NCBI GenBank assembly: GCA_030603365.1
Contig: JAUVXV010000011.1
Coordinates: forward strand, 64,001 to 128,000
Direction of reading: 5' to 3'
DNA: 64,000 nucleotides
From: Candidatus Heimdallarchaeota archaeon
GTDB lineage: Archaea > Asgardarchaeota > Heimdallarchaeia > Heimdallarchaeales > Heimdallarchaeaceae
Shown here: in pieces, positions 48,150-56,350 of the stretch
Layout: each line of letters begins with the position of its first letter
Position numbering within the stretch: position 1 is the first letter of the stretch
Position numbers and translations under genes: made by a program
The notes under the pieces: model-generated
What the model was told of the DNA's origin: nothing
What the model saw: the letters and a program-made list of their open reading frames with translations, nothing else
Database searches by the model: none

Positions 48150-48471
48150 TCTTATCTTCCTCTTTATCTTCTTCCAAATCTAGTTGTTCTATCCCTTCTT
48201 CTTGTCTTTCTATCTCTCCTCTACCTTCATATTCTAATACTTTTCCTAAGGGAGTAGACATTATTCTAGGTTTTTTGTAGCTTCGTATATTTGCATAACC
48301 TAGATAGATGATGATAAGATCAAGTATGACTATTACGACCCAAAAAGCTGTATCTTGAGCAAAAGCAGCTAGAATCAATAACCCAACTACTAAAGCGAAA
48401 ATGATGAAAGTTAGAGCTGGGATAAATAAACGATGATATTTTGGTTTTACTTTAATCATCATTTTAATCAC
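48142..48471 (-). CDS. Small two-TM protein with acidic tail
   Basis: Two TM helices and an ATGA overlap with the upstream gene. Confidence 0.7.
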   Translation of the reverse strand: MIKMMIKVKPKYHRLFIPALTFIIFALVVGLLILAAFAQDTAFWVVIVILDLIIIYLGYANIRSYKKPRIMSTPLGKVLEYEGRGEIERQEEGIEQLDLEEDKEEDKSE

Positions 48472-48800
48472 TTATTGTTGAAATTAGTTTCTTCATCAAA
48501 GACGATTTCATTAGTGTTTGACTTTTGTGTATCAATCTTTTCTTTGTGCATTAATAAAGATATCAGTTTAAAGCTGACATAATTTAATATAACAAAGAAA
48601 AACCATCCAAAAAGAATCCAAACTGAATAGATACCTAATTCATCCCATCTATTCATTGAAATTGTAACTAAAACATAAATAAGAAACGTTCCAAATATTA
48701 AAACACCGCTTATCAAAATTATTTTTCCAACGAGAGACTGCTTTCTAAATCTAAATGTATCAAACCAAGATCTTACCTTAGATTTTTTCTTAGAACTCAT
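48468..48800 (-). CDS. Small two-TM protein
   Basis: Basic N-terminus and two TM helices. Confidence 0.7.
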   Translation of the reverse strand: MSSKKKSKVRSWFDTFRFRKQSLVGKIILISGVLIFGTFLIYVLVTISMNRWDELGIYSVWILFGWFFFVILNYVSFKLISLLMHKEKIDTQKSNTNEIVFDEETNFNNK

Positions 48801-48887
48801 AGAGACAATTATTCAGTCAACTATGATGAATATAAGTTTTGTTCGTTCAGTTAATTAAGGAAAAAAAAGACGAACTCTTGTTCAACC

Positions 48888-49868
48888 TCAAAGTTTCTCT
48901 AGAAGCTCAAGCAATATCATCTGCTTTTCTAACGGTAAAGATTCTTTAGAATGAGCTCTAATTGAGAGGGATTCTAAAGATTGGAAAATCCAGTCTAATT
49001 CTGTTCTTACTAAGCTGTATGCATCCATAGCACTAAGTCCTGGAAGCTGTTTAGAAATGCCTTCAAAATAAGAAGACGATCTTCCTCCATAAACAATACC
49101 ATCATCAAGATTGGCAATAATCAAGCTTACAGATGGAATTAGTCCACGATAATCATTAGTTCCAATAATATCGTATCCTCGTTCATAACTAAACGACCAG
49201 AATTTGACTTTGAGCAGTTTTGTTGGAGAAAGGAAACGAAGTGACTGAATCATTGATTCAACTATATTACGATTACCGGCTACAATTACAGGTATACCAA
49301 TTACAAGACCATAAAGGATTTTGTCTATTCCTTCAGGTATCAGTCTTGTAATAACCTCGAAAGAAAGAAAGTCACGGGAGTTATCCAACATACTATCTTT
49401 TGCTACATTCTTTAATTTGATCAAGGAGTCATAATCAGTAAGATCTGTCTTTTCAAAAATATTTATCATATTTTGTTGAATATTGGAAAGATATCCAGCG
49501 AGACAAGATTTTATTTGCACACCTATTTCTTCTTCGTAGCTAATAGCTTCATAGGAATTGAACTTGTGTTTGAGTTGCACTTGCTTAAATTCAGCGAGTA
49601 AAAGAGGGAGAATATTACCATTGAACGGGGATTCAATATCTACTAAAAGTGAGGCGACAAGTTCATTTTCATTATAAAAAAACAATATTTTACCTTCATA
49701 TTCTATTTCTCTTGGAAAAGAATAGACAACTTCTGATGAAAGAGTTATAATTGCACTAATGAGACCTGTCACTAATGCATTATCAATTACGACATTTTCT
49801 GAATAAGAGTCGTACTGATAAAGTAATTCCCCATTTTTAGATGTAATAAGTATTTTCACTTCTTTCAC
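48888..49868 (-). CDS. Longin + DENN-like protein
   Basis: N-terminal longin (ILITSKNGELLY...DNALVTGLISAIITLS). The C-terminal region is cDENN-like (ILYGLVIGIPVIVAGNRNIVESMIQSLRFLSP...IIG...IIANLDDG). Confidence 0.72.
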   Translation of the reverse strand: MKEVKILITSKNGELLYQYDSYSENVVIDNALVTGLISAIITLSSEVVYSFPREIEYEGKILFFYNENELVASLLVDIESPFNGNILPLLLAEFKQVQLKHKFNSYEAISYEEEIGVQIKSCLAGYLSNIQQNMINIFEKTDLTDYDSLIKLKNVAKDSMLDNSRDFLSFEVITRLIPEGIDKILYGLVIGIPVIVAGNRNIVESMIQSLRFLSPTKLLKVKFWSFSYERGYDIIGTNDYRGLIPSVSLIIANLDDGIVYGGRSSSYFEGISKQLPGLSAMDAYSLVRTELDWIFQSLESLSIRAHSKESLPLEKQMILLELLEKL

Positions 49869-50078
49869 TCTTACACTAAGTTAGTAAGTAACCTCTAACA
49901 CACCATATAGTATACAAAGGATACTGTCCACCTTTTTATCTAGCTAGCACGTAGATATTAACCCCGTTAAATATACATTGTCCATAAAATAATATAAATA
50001 CTATGGAATACGATGAACTCCAACTAGAGCCAAATTAACGACAAAAAAGCGGAAAGTAGTGTGAGAACTATTTTTGCA

Positions 50079-50453
50079 CTAAATAGGCCAAAGTATTCCG
50101 AAGAAGATTATGAAGAATATTAAAGGAGGTCCAATGAATCCTACTATTATCAGTACCTTCACCCAGGTCGGCATTCTATTGCGTTTTTTAGGTGGATAAG
50201 GGTACTGTTGACCTGGTACTGCATCATAAGATCCTGAAATACTTGTCACTTGTTGAACTTGTTGAGATTGATACTTTTGATAACCACTATATTGAACATT
50301 AGCGGGTTGAGCTTGAATTTGAGTATTTTTATGGTCATCTTTCATAGTTTGACCACAATTCTCACAAAATTTATTATCGCTCTTATTTCTTGCACCACAG
50401 AATTGACAAAACATAAAGCTCATATTTCTTTCAAGATTCATTATCCCTTCCAC
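50079..50453 (-). CDS. Zinc-ribbon, Q-rich, tail-anchored membrane protein
   Basis: FCQFCG...FCENCG, a Q/Y-rich linker and a single C-terminal TM helix. Confidence 0.78.
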   Translation of the reverse strand: MEGIMNLERNMSFMFCQFCGARNKSDNKFCENCGQTMKDDHKNTQIQAQPANVQYSGYQKYQSQQVQQVTSISGSYDAVPGQQYPYPPKKRNRMPTWVKVLIIVGFIGPPLIFFIIFFGILWPI

Positions 50454-50599
50454 ATATTTAAAATCATTCTTTTATTCTTATTAATACTCAAATATGTAAA
50501 AATCTTCACAATATAATTCAAATAAATTTGCTTGCAAAACTATTTTAAAGGATTAGCAGAAGATTAGATACCATTCATGAAATAAAATGAGGAAATGAT

Positions 50600-51385
50600 T
50601 TGGTAACTACAACTCAATCAACTGAATCACTTGCAAATCTATTCAAAATTTCTGCTGGAATTTTCATAGTATCAGCGATATTGGACATTCTGTCTGTCTA
50701 TATTGCTATAGTCGGGATTTTCTATATCTGGCTAGTAGGAATGGTAATAGGATTTGCTTTTTTTGCATATGTGTTAAATAAAACAAACGAAATTTACCAT
50801 GGTTCTGATAATACACTCAAAGGTGCTATGGGTGTTATTGTTCTCATGGTAATATTGGAATTAGTATTGTGGGTTGGTTTATCAAGCGGATGGGAGTTTG
50901 TGTGGAATTTCGCAATGTTCTTGTTCTTAGGTGTTGATATCCTTAGGGGTATTGGTTTCACATTAGCTTTTATTGGATTGAAGAAGATAGATAGAAGTTT
51001 GAATAGTCCATTTTACCCAATATATGGTTGGGCACCTTTAGTATTTGAAGCACTTTTTTGGACAACTGAATCTCCAGTCGACGATATAATACTTGATGTA
51101 GAAATATGGGTAGTTTTAGTACTACTAATAACATTGGCTGTTATGCAATTTATTAATGCAAATAAGGTAGCAGAACTTTCACCACAACCTAAACCAGTTG
51201 CACCGGGCTATTCACCATATCAACCTTATCAACAACAAACTCAAGGACCGGTTTACCAAACACAAAAACCAGTACAAGAATCACAAACAGAATTACCTAT
51301 GCAAGATACGAAATTTTGTGAACATTGTGGAGCAAAAATCGCAGCTGATGCAAAATTCTGTACAAACTGTGGTTCATCTACTTAG
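50600..51385 (+). CDS. Multi-TM protein with P/Q/Y linker and C-terminal zinc ribbon
   Basis: About 6 TM helices and FCEHCG...FCTNCG. Confidence 0.78.
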   Translation: MVTTTQSTESLANLFKISAGIFIVSAILDILSVYIAIVGIFYIWLVGMVIGFAFFAYVLNKTNEIYHGSDNTLKGAMGVIVLMVILELVLWVGLSSGWEFVWNFAMFLFLGVDILRGIGFTLAFIGLKKIDRSLNSPFYPIYGWAPLVFEALFWTTESPVDDIILDVEIWVVLVLLITLAVMQFINANKVAELSPQPKPVAPGYSPYQPYQQQTQGPVYQTQKPVQESQTELPMQDTKFCEHCGAKIAADAKFCTNCGSST

Positions 51386-51479
51386 GTTAAAGGGAATATT
51401 TTTTCTTTTCTCTTTTTCTATTTACTCATTTCGAAAAACAATTAAGCAGAAGGCTGATATTCAAGAACAATCAGTATAG

Positions 51480-52574
51480 GTGACATACTTGAATTGGTTT
51501 ATTATTACTACAAACAGATGTAATCTTTTCTGTCAGTATTGCCAGAACGAACCTCATCCTGATCTACCAATTGAACCCAATTGGGAGGTAGAACAACTAG
51601 CTCAATTCTTAGAAAAGGATGAGAATCCAACTATCTGTTTCTATGGGGGAGAACCATTAATTTTCATAGAGCTAATTCAAGAAGTCATGGATGCAATTCC
51701 AGCTGATCATTACACTTTACAAACCAATGGATTACTCCTTCACAAACTTCCTACTGAATATTTGAACCGGTTTTCATCAATACTTATTTCACTTGATGGG
51801 AATGAAAAAATAACCGATTATAGTAGAGGAGAAGGTACTTACAAGAAAATACTCAGGAACATAAAAGACATCAGATCAAGAGGATATAATGGAGATTTGA
51901 TTGCACGAATGGCTGTTCATGAAAAATCTGATGTTTACAAGGATGTTTTACATTTACTAAACAACAATAATTTGACATTTGATAATGTTCATTGGCAGCT
52001 GGATGTTCAGTGGGATGAAGGTATAGAAACCAGATGGAACGATTTTCCCAATTGGGTAAAATTATATAATAAAGGAATTTCAAAACTTGTCCGATATTGG
52101 CTTGAAGAAATGAGAGAAGGGAAAATTAGAGGAATAGTACCGTTTTTAGGAATTTTTAGAAATATAGTGAATGAAACTTCTACTGATTTACCTTGTGAAG
52201 CAGGATTACGAAGTTTTGCAATAAGAACAGATGGAGTGATTACAATCTGTCCTCTTCCCCCAGAATATGAATTTACTATAATGGGAGACTTAGATTCTTC
52301 AACACCTTCACAGCTTGAGAACTCCCTGAGGATCGGAGAAAAATGTCAAGAATGTGAGGTATATGGTTTATGTGGTGGAAGATGTCTCTTCGCAGAGAAA
52401 AGTAAACTGTGGGGAGAGGAAGGGTTCGAGATGGTCTGTGAAACAGTCAAGCATCTTATCAAAGAATTAGAAGGAATAAAAGAAGAAGTATTAGGTCTCG
52501 TAAACAATGGAATTATCAAATTAGAGAATTTTGAATATCCAGAATATAACAATACAACAGAAATAATACCTTGA
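51480..52574 (+). CDS. Radical SAM/SPASM protein (TIGR04084-like)
   Basis: CNLFCQYC, FYGGEPL and QTNG. SPASM cysteines in PCEAG...CQECEVYGLCGGRC. C-terminus ends TEIIP. Confidence 0.88.
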   Translation: MTYLNWFIITTNRCNLFCQYCQNEPHPDLPIEPNWEVEQLAQFLEKDENPTICFYGGEPLIFIELIQEVMDAIPADHYTLQTNGLLLHKLPTEYLNRFSSILISLDGNEKITDYSRGEGTYKKILRNIKDIRSRGYNGDLIARMAVHEKSDVYKDVLHLLNNNNLTFDNVHWQLDVQWDEGIETRWNDFPNWVKLYNKGISKLVRYWLEEMREGKIRGIVPFLGIFRNIVNETSTDLPCEAGLRSFAIRTDGVITICPLPPEYEFTIMGDLDSSTPSQLENSLRIGEKCQECEVYGLCGGRCLFAEKSKLWGEEGFEMVCETVKHLIKELEGIKEEVLGLVNNGIIKLENFEYPEYNNTTEIIP

Positions 52575-52580
52575 AGGAGA

Positions 52581-53522
52581 TCAAAGAATCCATAGACTAT
52601 CTATAATAGTAGTTTTCTCATCTTCGAATTTTCTTAATATCCCACATTTAACAAGTTCATCTAGTTCGTTTTCGACATTCTGTTTTGATGCTCTAACTTG
52701 TGAAGTAAGGGAATCAATAGGTATTCCTCCATTGCGATGCTCTTTCAAAACTACTAGAACAATCTCTCGTTGAAGAGGAGGGAGAGAAAGAATACTCATC
52801 ATGTCTAGATATTCCGGTTCTTTTTGTTTCTCAAGTATAAGTTGAAGCTGTGAGGATAATCTGGATAGAGTTGAAATATTGAAATCATGTATGTCAAAGA
52901 TCCAATTAGTTAATCTTTGAATGAGTGTATCAATCTTTACTGTGTTATCATTGAATTTCTGATAATAATCTTGTGAGAAGACCATGAACAAAACTACGGG
53001 AACCTTAGCTCCCATTTCATCAAAAAGAGGGAGAAAGACGGGTTTTACCCACATTTTCACATCATCAAGATAAAAGGGTTCCAAAAACTTGTTTACGGCC
53101 TTGTTTTCATCCTCAAAATAGATATTTACGAAATTCTCTGTAAAGGTATCTAGATGGAATTGAGTAGAAGCTTCAGGTTTGATAGTTGAGAAATTCATTG
53201 TATAACCACCATTAGCTTCTTTGTAACCAACTAAGTTGAAATCTAATCCCTCAGAAACTGGTTTATGAACCTTTTCAATTGTTATACGCAATCGAGAAGG
53301 AAGTACTTTAGAAGAGATAAAGGGTTTGATATGACCAACAGTAATGTGCCTAGAAGAGGAGAGCTTTTTACTAAAGGGATAAGAATCATCTTTATCAATT
53401 AACTGCACGTAACCTTCAAGTAAATCCCCAGAATCAATAAATGTTAACCAAGTAGGGATAGTAACGCGGTTTGAAGAGGTTACAGTTGACTCGAAGGTTA
53501 CAGGAAGTTTCATTGCAAACAC
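52581..53522 (-). CDS. Putative AbrB-like tandem + longin/uDENN-like + winged-helix regulator
   Basis: STVTSSNRVTIP and KKLSSSRHITV are AbrB-like. The C-terminus has wHTH features (LPPLQREIV...SKQNVENELDELVKCGIL). Confidence 0.55.
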   Translation of the reverse strand: MFAMKLPVTFESTVTSSNRVTIPTWLTFIDSGDLLEGYVQLIDKDDSYPFSKKLSSSRHITVGHIKPFISSKVLPSRLRITIEKVHKPVSEGLDFNLVGYKEANGGYTMNFSTIKPEASTQFHLDTFTENFVNIYFEDENKAVNKFLEPFYLDDVKMWVKPVFLPLFDEMGAKVPVVLFMVFSQDYYQKFNDNTVKIDTLIQRLTNWIFDIHDFNISTLSRLSSQLQLILEKQKEPEYLDMMSILSLPPLQREIVLVVLKEHRNGGIPIDSLTSQVRASKQNVENELDELVKCGILRKFEDEKTTIIDSLWIL

Positions 53523-53593
53523 TTAGTACTTGTAATAGAATATGAAGAGAAAAACATTTGAAGATAAAAATTTTTGGCTATCATTGCTAAAAG

Positions 53594-54349
53594 CTACTCT
53601 GAGGATTTCGTGTCTTTGGTAGGAGGTTCAAATCCTTTCTTAAAGGGTTTATAGGAGCGATCAAAAACTCTCTTCTGGGCTAAATAGATTAATGCAATGA
53701 CATAAAGAATGAAGTTAATTAGAGGGATGAAGTAACCCCAAACTCCAATTGCAATTACGAAGCTAAAAATGCCAAATAGGAGTAAGAAAATCAGCTCAGC
53801 ATGTTTAGCAGTAGCAGTTGTAAAAGGTAAAAGTAAATCAGCAAAATCTGGTAAGCCAAAATATACAAAGCAGATGATAAGATAGACAATAATATAATAT
53901 CCAGCTGAAAAATCTACCCAATCAAAGAAATTCTTGAAATCTTGGTTGAAGATAAGAAGAAGAATAACGACTACGAAATTCATTAAGGGAGCTATACCAA
54001 TTAAGAAAGCATGATAAACATTTTTCAAATCTCCAGACAAGCTCTGACTAGTTACATCTCTTAATGTCATCGACATATGGAAACTAACTTTCACATCATA
54101 ACCCAGCAGTCTTATCATTAAAGAATGCCAAAGCATATGGCACCAGCTTCCAGGGAAAAAGATAATATTCAAATATTTCTTGATATCTTTGAAGAGCCAG
54201 TCGGTGAGAATATCCCAGAGTAATTTTGTCATGAAAAGTGCGAAGATTGCAAGGAAAGTAATCCTTGCAGCTCCAGTGAAAACGCCGACTAAAGCTTCAT
54301 ACGTGTCGACTATTATTGGAGGTACAGCCATAGTTCCTACTCCTCTCAT
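53594..54349 (-). CDS. Membrane zincin/M50-like protein with degenerate HExxH (HMLWH)
   Basis: FPGSWCHMLWH...LLG, IGIAPL and LPDFAD, with multiple TM helices. Confidence 0.62.
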   Translation of the reverse strand: MRGVGTMAVPPIIVDTYEALVGVFTGAARITFLAIFALFMTKLLWDILTDWLFKDIKKYLNIIFFPGSWCHMLWHSLMIRLLGYDVKVSFHMSMTLRDVTSQSLSGDLKNVYHAFLIGIAPLMNFVVVILLLIFNQDFKNFFDWVDFSAGYYIIVYLIICFVYFGLPDFADLLLPFTTATAKHAELIFLLLFGIFSFVIAIGVWGYFIPLINFILYVIALIYLAQKRVFDRSYKPFKKGFEPPTKDTKSSE

Positions 54350-55190
54350 CCACGTTAAAACCCAAACCCAAACTACCGTTCTTATTCATCTTTTTAAGAG
54401 TTGAACGATATCGATAGATCTTCCTCTTAAGAAGTTCTATATTCAGTTTATAGTGGTTCTCTATAAACACCCAGTATGCACGGATTAGCCCATTATCAGA
54501 AAGATAGTATGGTAAGAGAGAAGAAACAATAACTAATGCTGCATCTTCAACATCTATTCGAGGAATGATCCGATCATCTATCAAATCAAAGGCTTTCTCT
54601 TGTAATTTACTGAGAGTTATTTCCTTATCAGGGAAGTATAAAATAACCTCGCTAACTACTTGAGCAACCTTACTCTTTAGTAAAGGACTAAAAACATTAT
54701 TCCTCTTACGTTGAATATAACCAGCAGCAAGAAGCTCTGATTGTGTTTGTTTCATTGCAAAATAACTGAATATTTTACCTCTCTGCATTCCCAGAAGATC
54801 TCTAACAGTATCAATATGATTTGGAGAGAGTTTAGAACCTACCAAAGAAAGCCGAAAATCAAGCAAAGCTAAATAGTAATTAGCTATGTGATTTTTAGTG
54901 AAGTACCTATTAGAACCATAGTCTTCCAAAAAGTCAGGAAGAAGACGTTGGAACTGAATGGTAACATCAGTGATAAGCTTACTTGGAAAGAATTCTAGGA
55001 AAATGTTCGAAAGCTGAGTAGCAAAATCCATAATCCTATTGATACGATCTTCTTCAGGGTCAACAAAGTAGCTTTTGATTATGCTAGCCTTGCGTAATCC
55101 TGGTGCAAGAATTTGTGATAAATCGTGAGTGCTCAGGAAACTCCCGAGCTCCTCAGTTTGTTGTATTGATGCCACGCTCATAATGGACAC
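54297..55190 (-). CDS. Hypothetical protein, possible TFB/cyclin-fold double repeat
   Basis: All-helical with two similar halves. The C-terminal KLNIELLKRKIYRY is HTH-like. Confidence 0.5.
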   Translation of the reverse strand: MSIMSVASIQQTEELGSFLSTHDLSQILAPGLRKASIIKSYFVDPEEDRINRIMDFATQLSNIFLEFFPSKLITDVTIQFQRLLPDFLEDYGSNRYFTKNHIANYYLALLDFRLSLVGSKLSPNHIDTVRDLLGMQRGKIFSYFAMKQTQSELLAAGYIQRKRNNVFSPLLKSKVAQVVSEVILYFPDKEITLSKLQEKAFDLIDDRIIPRIDVEDAALVIVSSLLPYYLSDNGLIRAYWVFIENHYKLNIELLKRKIYRYRSTLKKMNKNGSLGLGFNVDERSRNYGCTSNNSRHV

Positions 55191-55349
55191 CTAAGCCATG
55201 TCTAATTGTCCACAAGGTGCCTTCTTATAAATCACTTAGCACAAAAGTTGCAGTTAGGTTGCAGTTTTAGTCAAAAAATTTTTGTGGGGTTTATATACTC
55301 ACTCCCTTACTCCAAAAAGTTTTTCAGCATCTCCAACAGAGTAATTTTG

Positions 55350-55790
55350 ATGAAACTATCAATATCTATCAAACGATTAGTTTTTGCGTTTTTAGGGTTT
55401 AGTTTAGGTTTACAACCTGTTTGGATTTTCTTTTGGTTATATCAAAATCAAATGCTAGAGTCCATCCATATACTGGTTTTGTGTTTAATGTTTATGCTTC
55501 CGGGAGGGTTGATTACAGGACTAATTCCTATGAAATTCTTGGATGGAGTCGTATCATCTATAATTCTTGGTATTTTATCCTACTTTCTTTCTTTCATTAT
55601 CTGGGATATAAGTTCATGGTCTATCAATGAGTTCTTGAAAATACTTATCTTTCCAATATCTGTAGTGATTGGAGGTAATATTGGAGCTGCAATTAGACTC
55701 TACATCAATAAAATATTCTTGAAGTATAAAGAGAAGAAAGAAATGACTGAAGACATCAACAGTTCTAACAAAAACGACTTAGATAGGTAG
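55350..55790 (+). CDS. Four-TM membrane protein
   Basis: Hydrophobic helices. I prefer the ATG at 55350 over the TTG at 55206. Confidence 0.7.
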   Translation: MKLSISIKRLVFAFLGFSLGLQPVWIFFWLYQNQMLESIHILVLCLMFMLPGGLITGLIPMKFLDGVVSSIILGILSYFLSFIIWDISSWSINEFLKILIFPISVVIGGNIGAAIRLYINKIFLKYKEKKEMTEDINSSNKNDLDR

Positions 55791-55814
55791 TAGATAGAAT
55801 TTTTCACATTATAA

Positions 55815-56132
55815 AAACTCCAACAGCATAAAAATGAGGAGACAGGTAAAATAGCTACAGACATGTGGAATAAAATCGAATTTGCTAAAGAGAAAAGATC
55901 CATACTAGGACAGTCAAGAAGGTGATTCTCTTGTTATTGAAAAATTACTGGGATTCTAGCTAAACACGCACTGGTTTGGGAGGAACTGGAGGAGCTTTCA
56001 AAAATCGCTTTAAGCACTAAATTTGATTTGGAAACTGTTGTAGCTTCAAGTGATAGAGACCAACCATTAGATTACTCAAGTCATTTTATCTTAAATCAGT
56101 TTGTAGATAGTGTTTTTTTGCGTAAAAAGTAG
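55815..56132 (+). pseudogene. Decayed ORF relic
   Basis: One frame reads KLQQHKNEETGKIATDMWNKIEFAKEKRSILGQSRR*FSCY*KITGILAKHALVWEELEELSKIALSTKFDLETVV...FLRKK*, with TGA at 55923 and 55938. Confidence 0.4.
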
Positions 56133-56350
56133 AAAAATGATAACAAAAAAGGAAGTTGATTTCTACAGGGAAAGAAGAGGAAGAACCTACTTTTGAAGAA
56201 TTGTTTAAAAACTACGTGATAGACTTTGGAGTGTAAGAAAACAAACTGTCAACACTTTTTCTTTTATTCTTCTCTGAATTTCTTTTTCCCTTTTTCTCAA
56301 AAGAGTTATAATCTAGCTTTAGTATCATTTAATGATTCATAAAGGTGGGT
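56069..56350 (+). repeat. Duplicated ~280-bp upstream block, copy A
   Basis: Near-identical to 58740-59017. Confidence 0.95.

Noticed and set aside
55206-55349. N-terminal extension of the four-TM protein from the TTG at 55206
   Set aside because: The segment looks like a divergent promoter region (it includes a GTTGCAGTT direct repeat), and the ATG at 55350 gives a cleaner membrane protein.
55815-56132. Selenocysteine or stop-codon recoding at two in-frame TGA codons
   Set aside because: There is no redox-motif context or SECIS-like hairpin. TGA is used as a normal stop elsewhere in the window, so decay is the simpler explanation.
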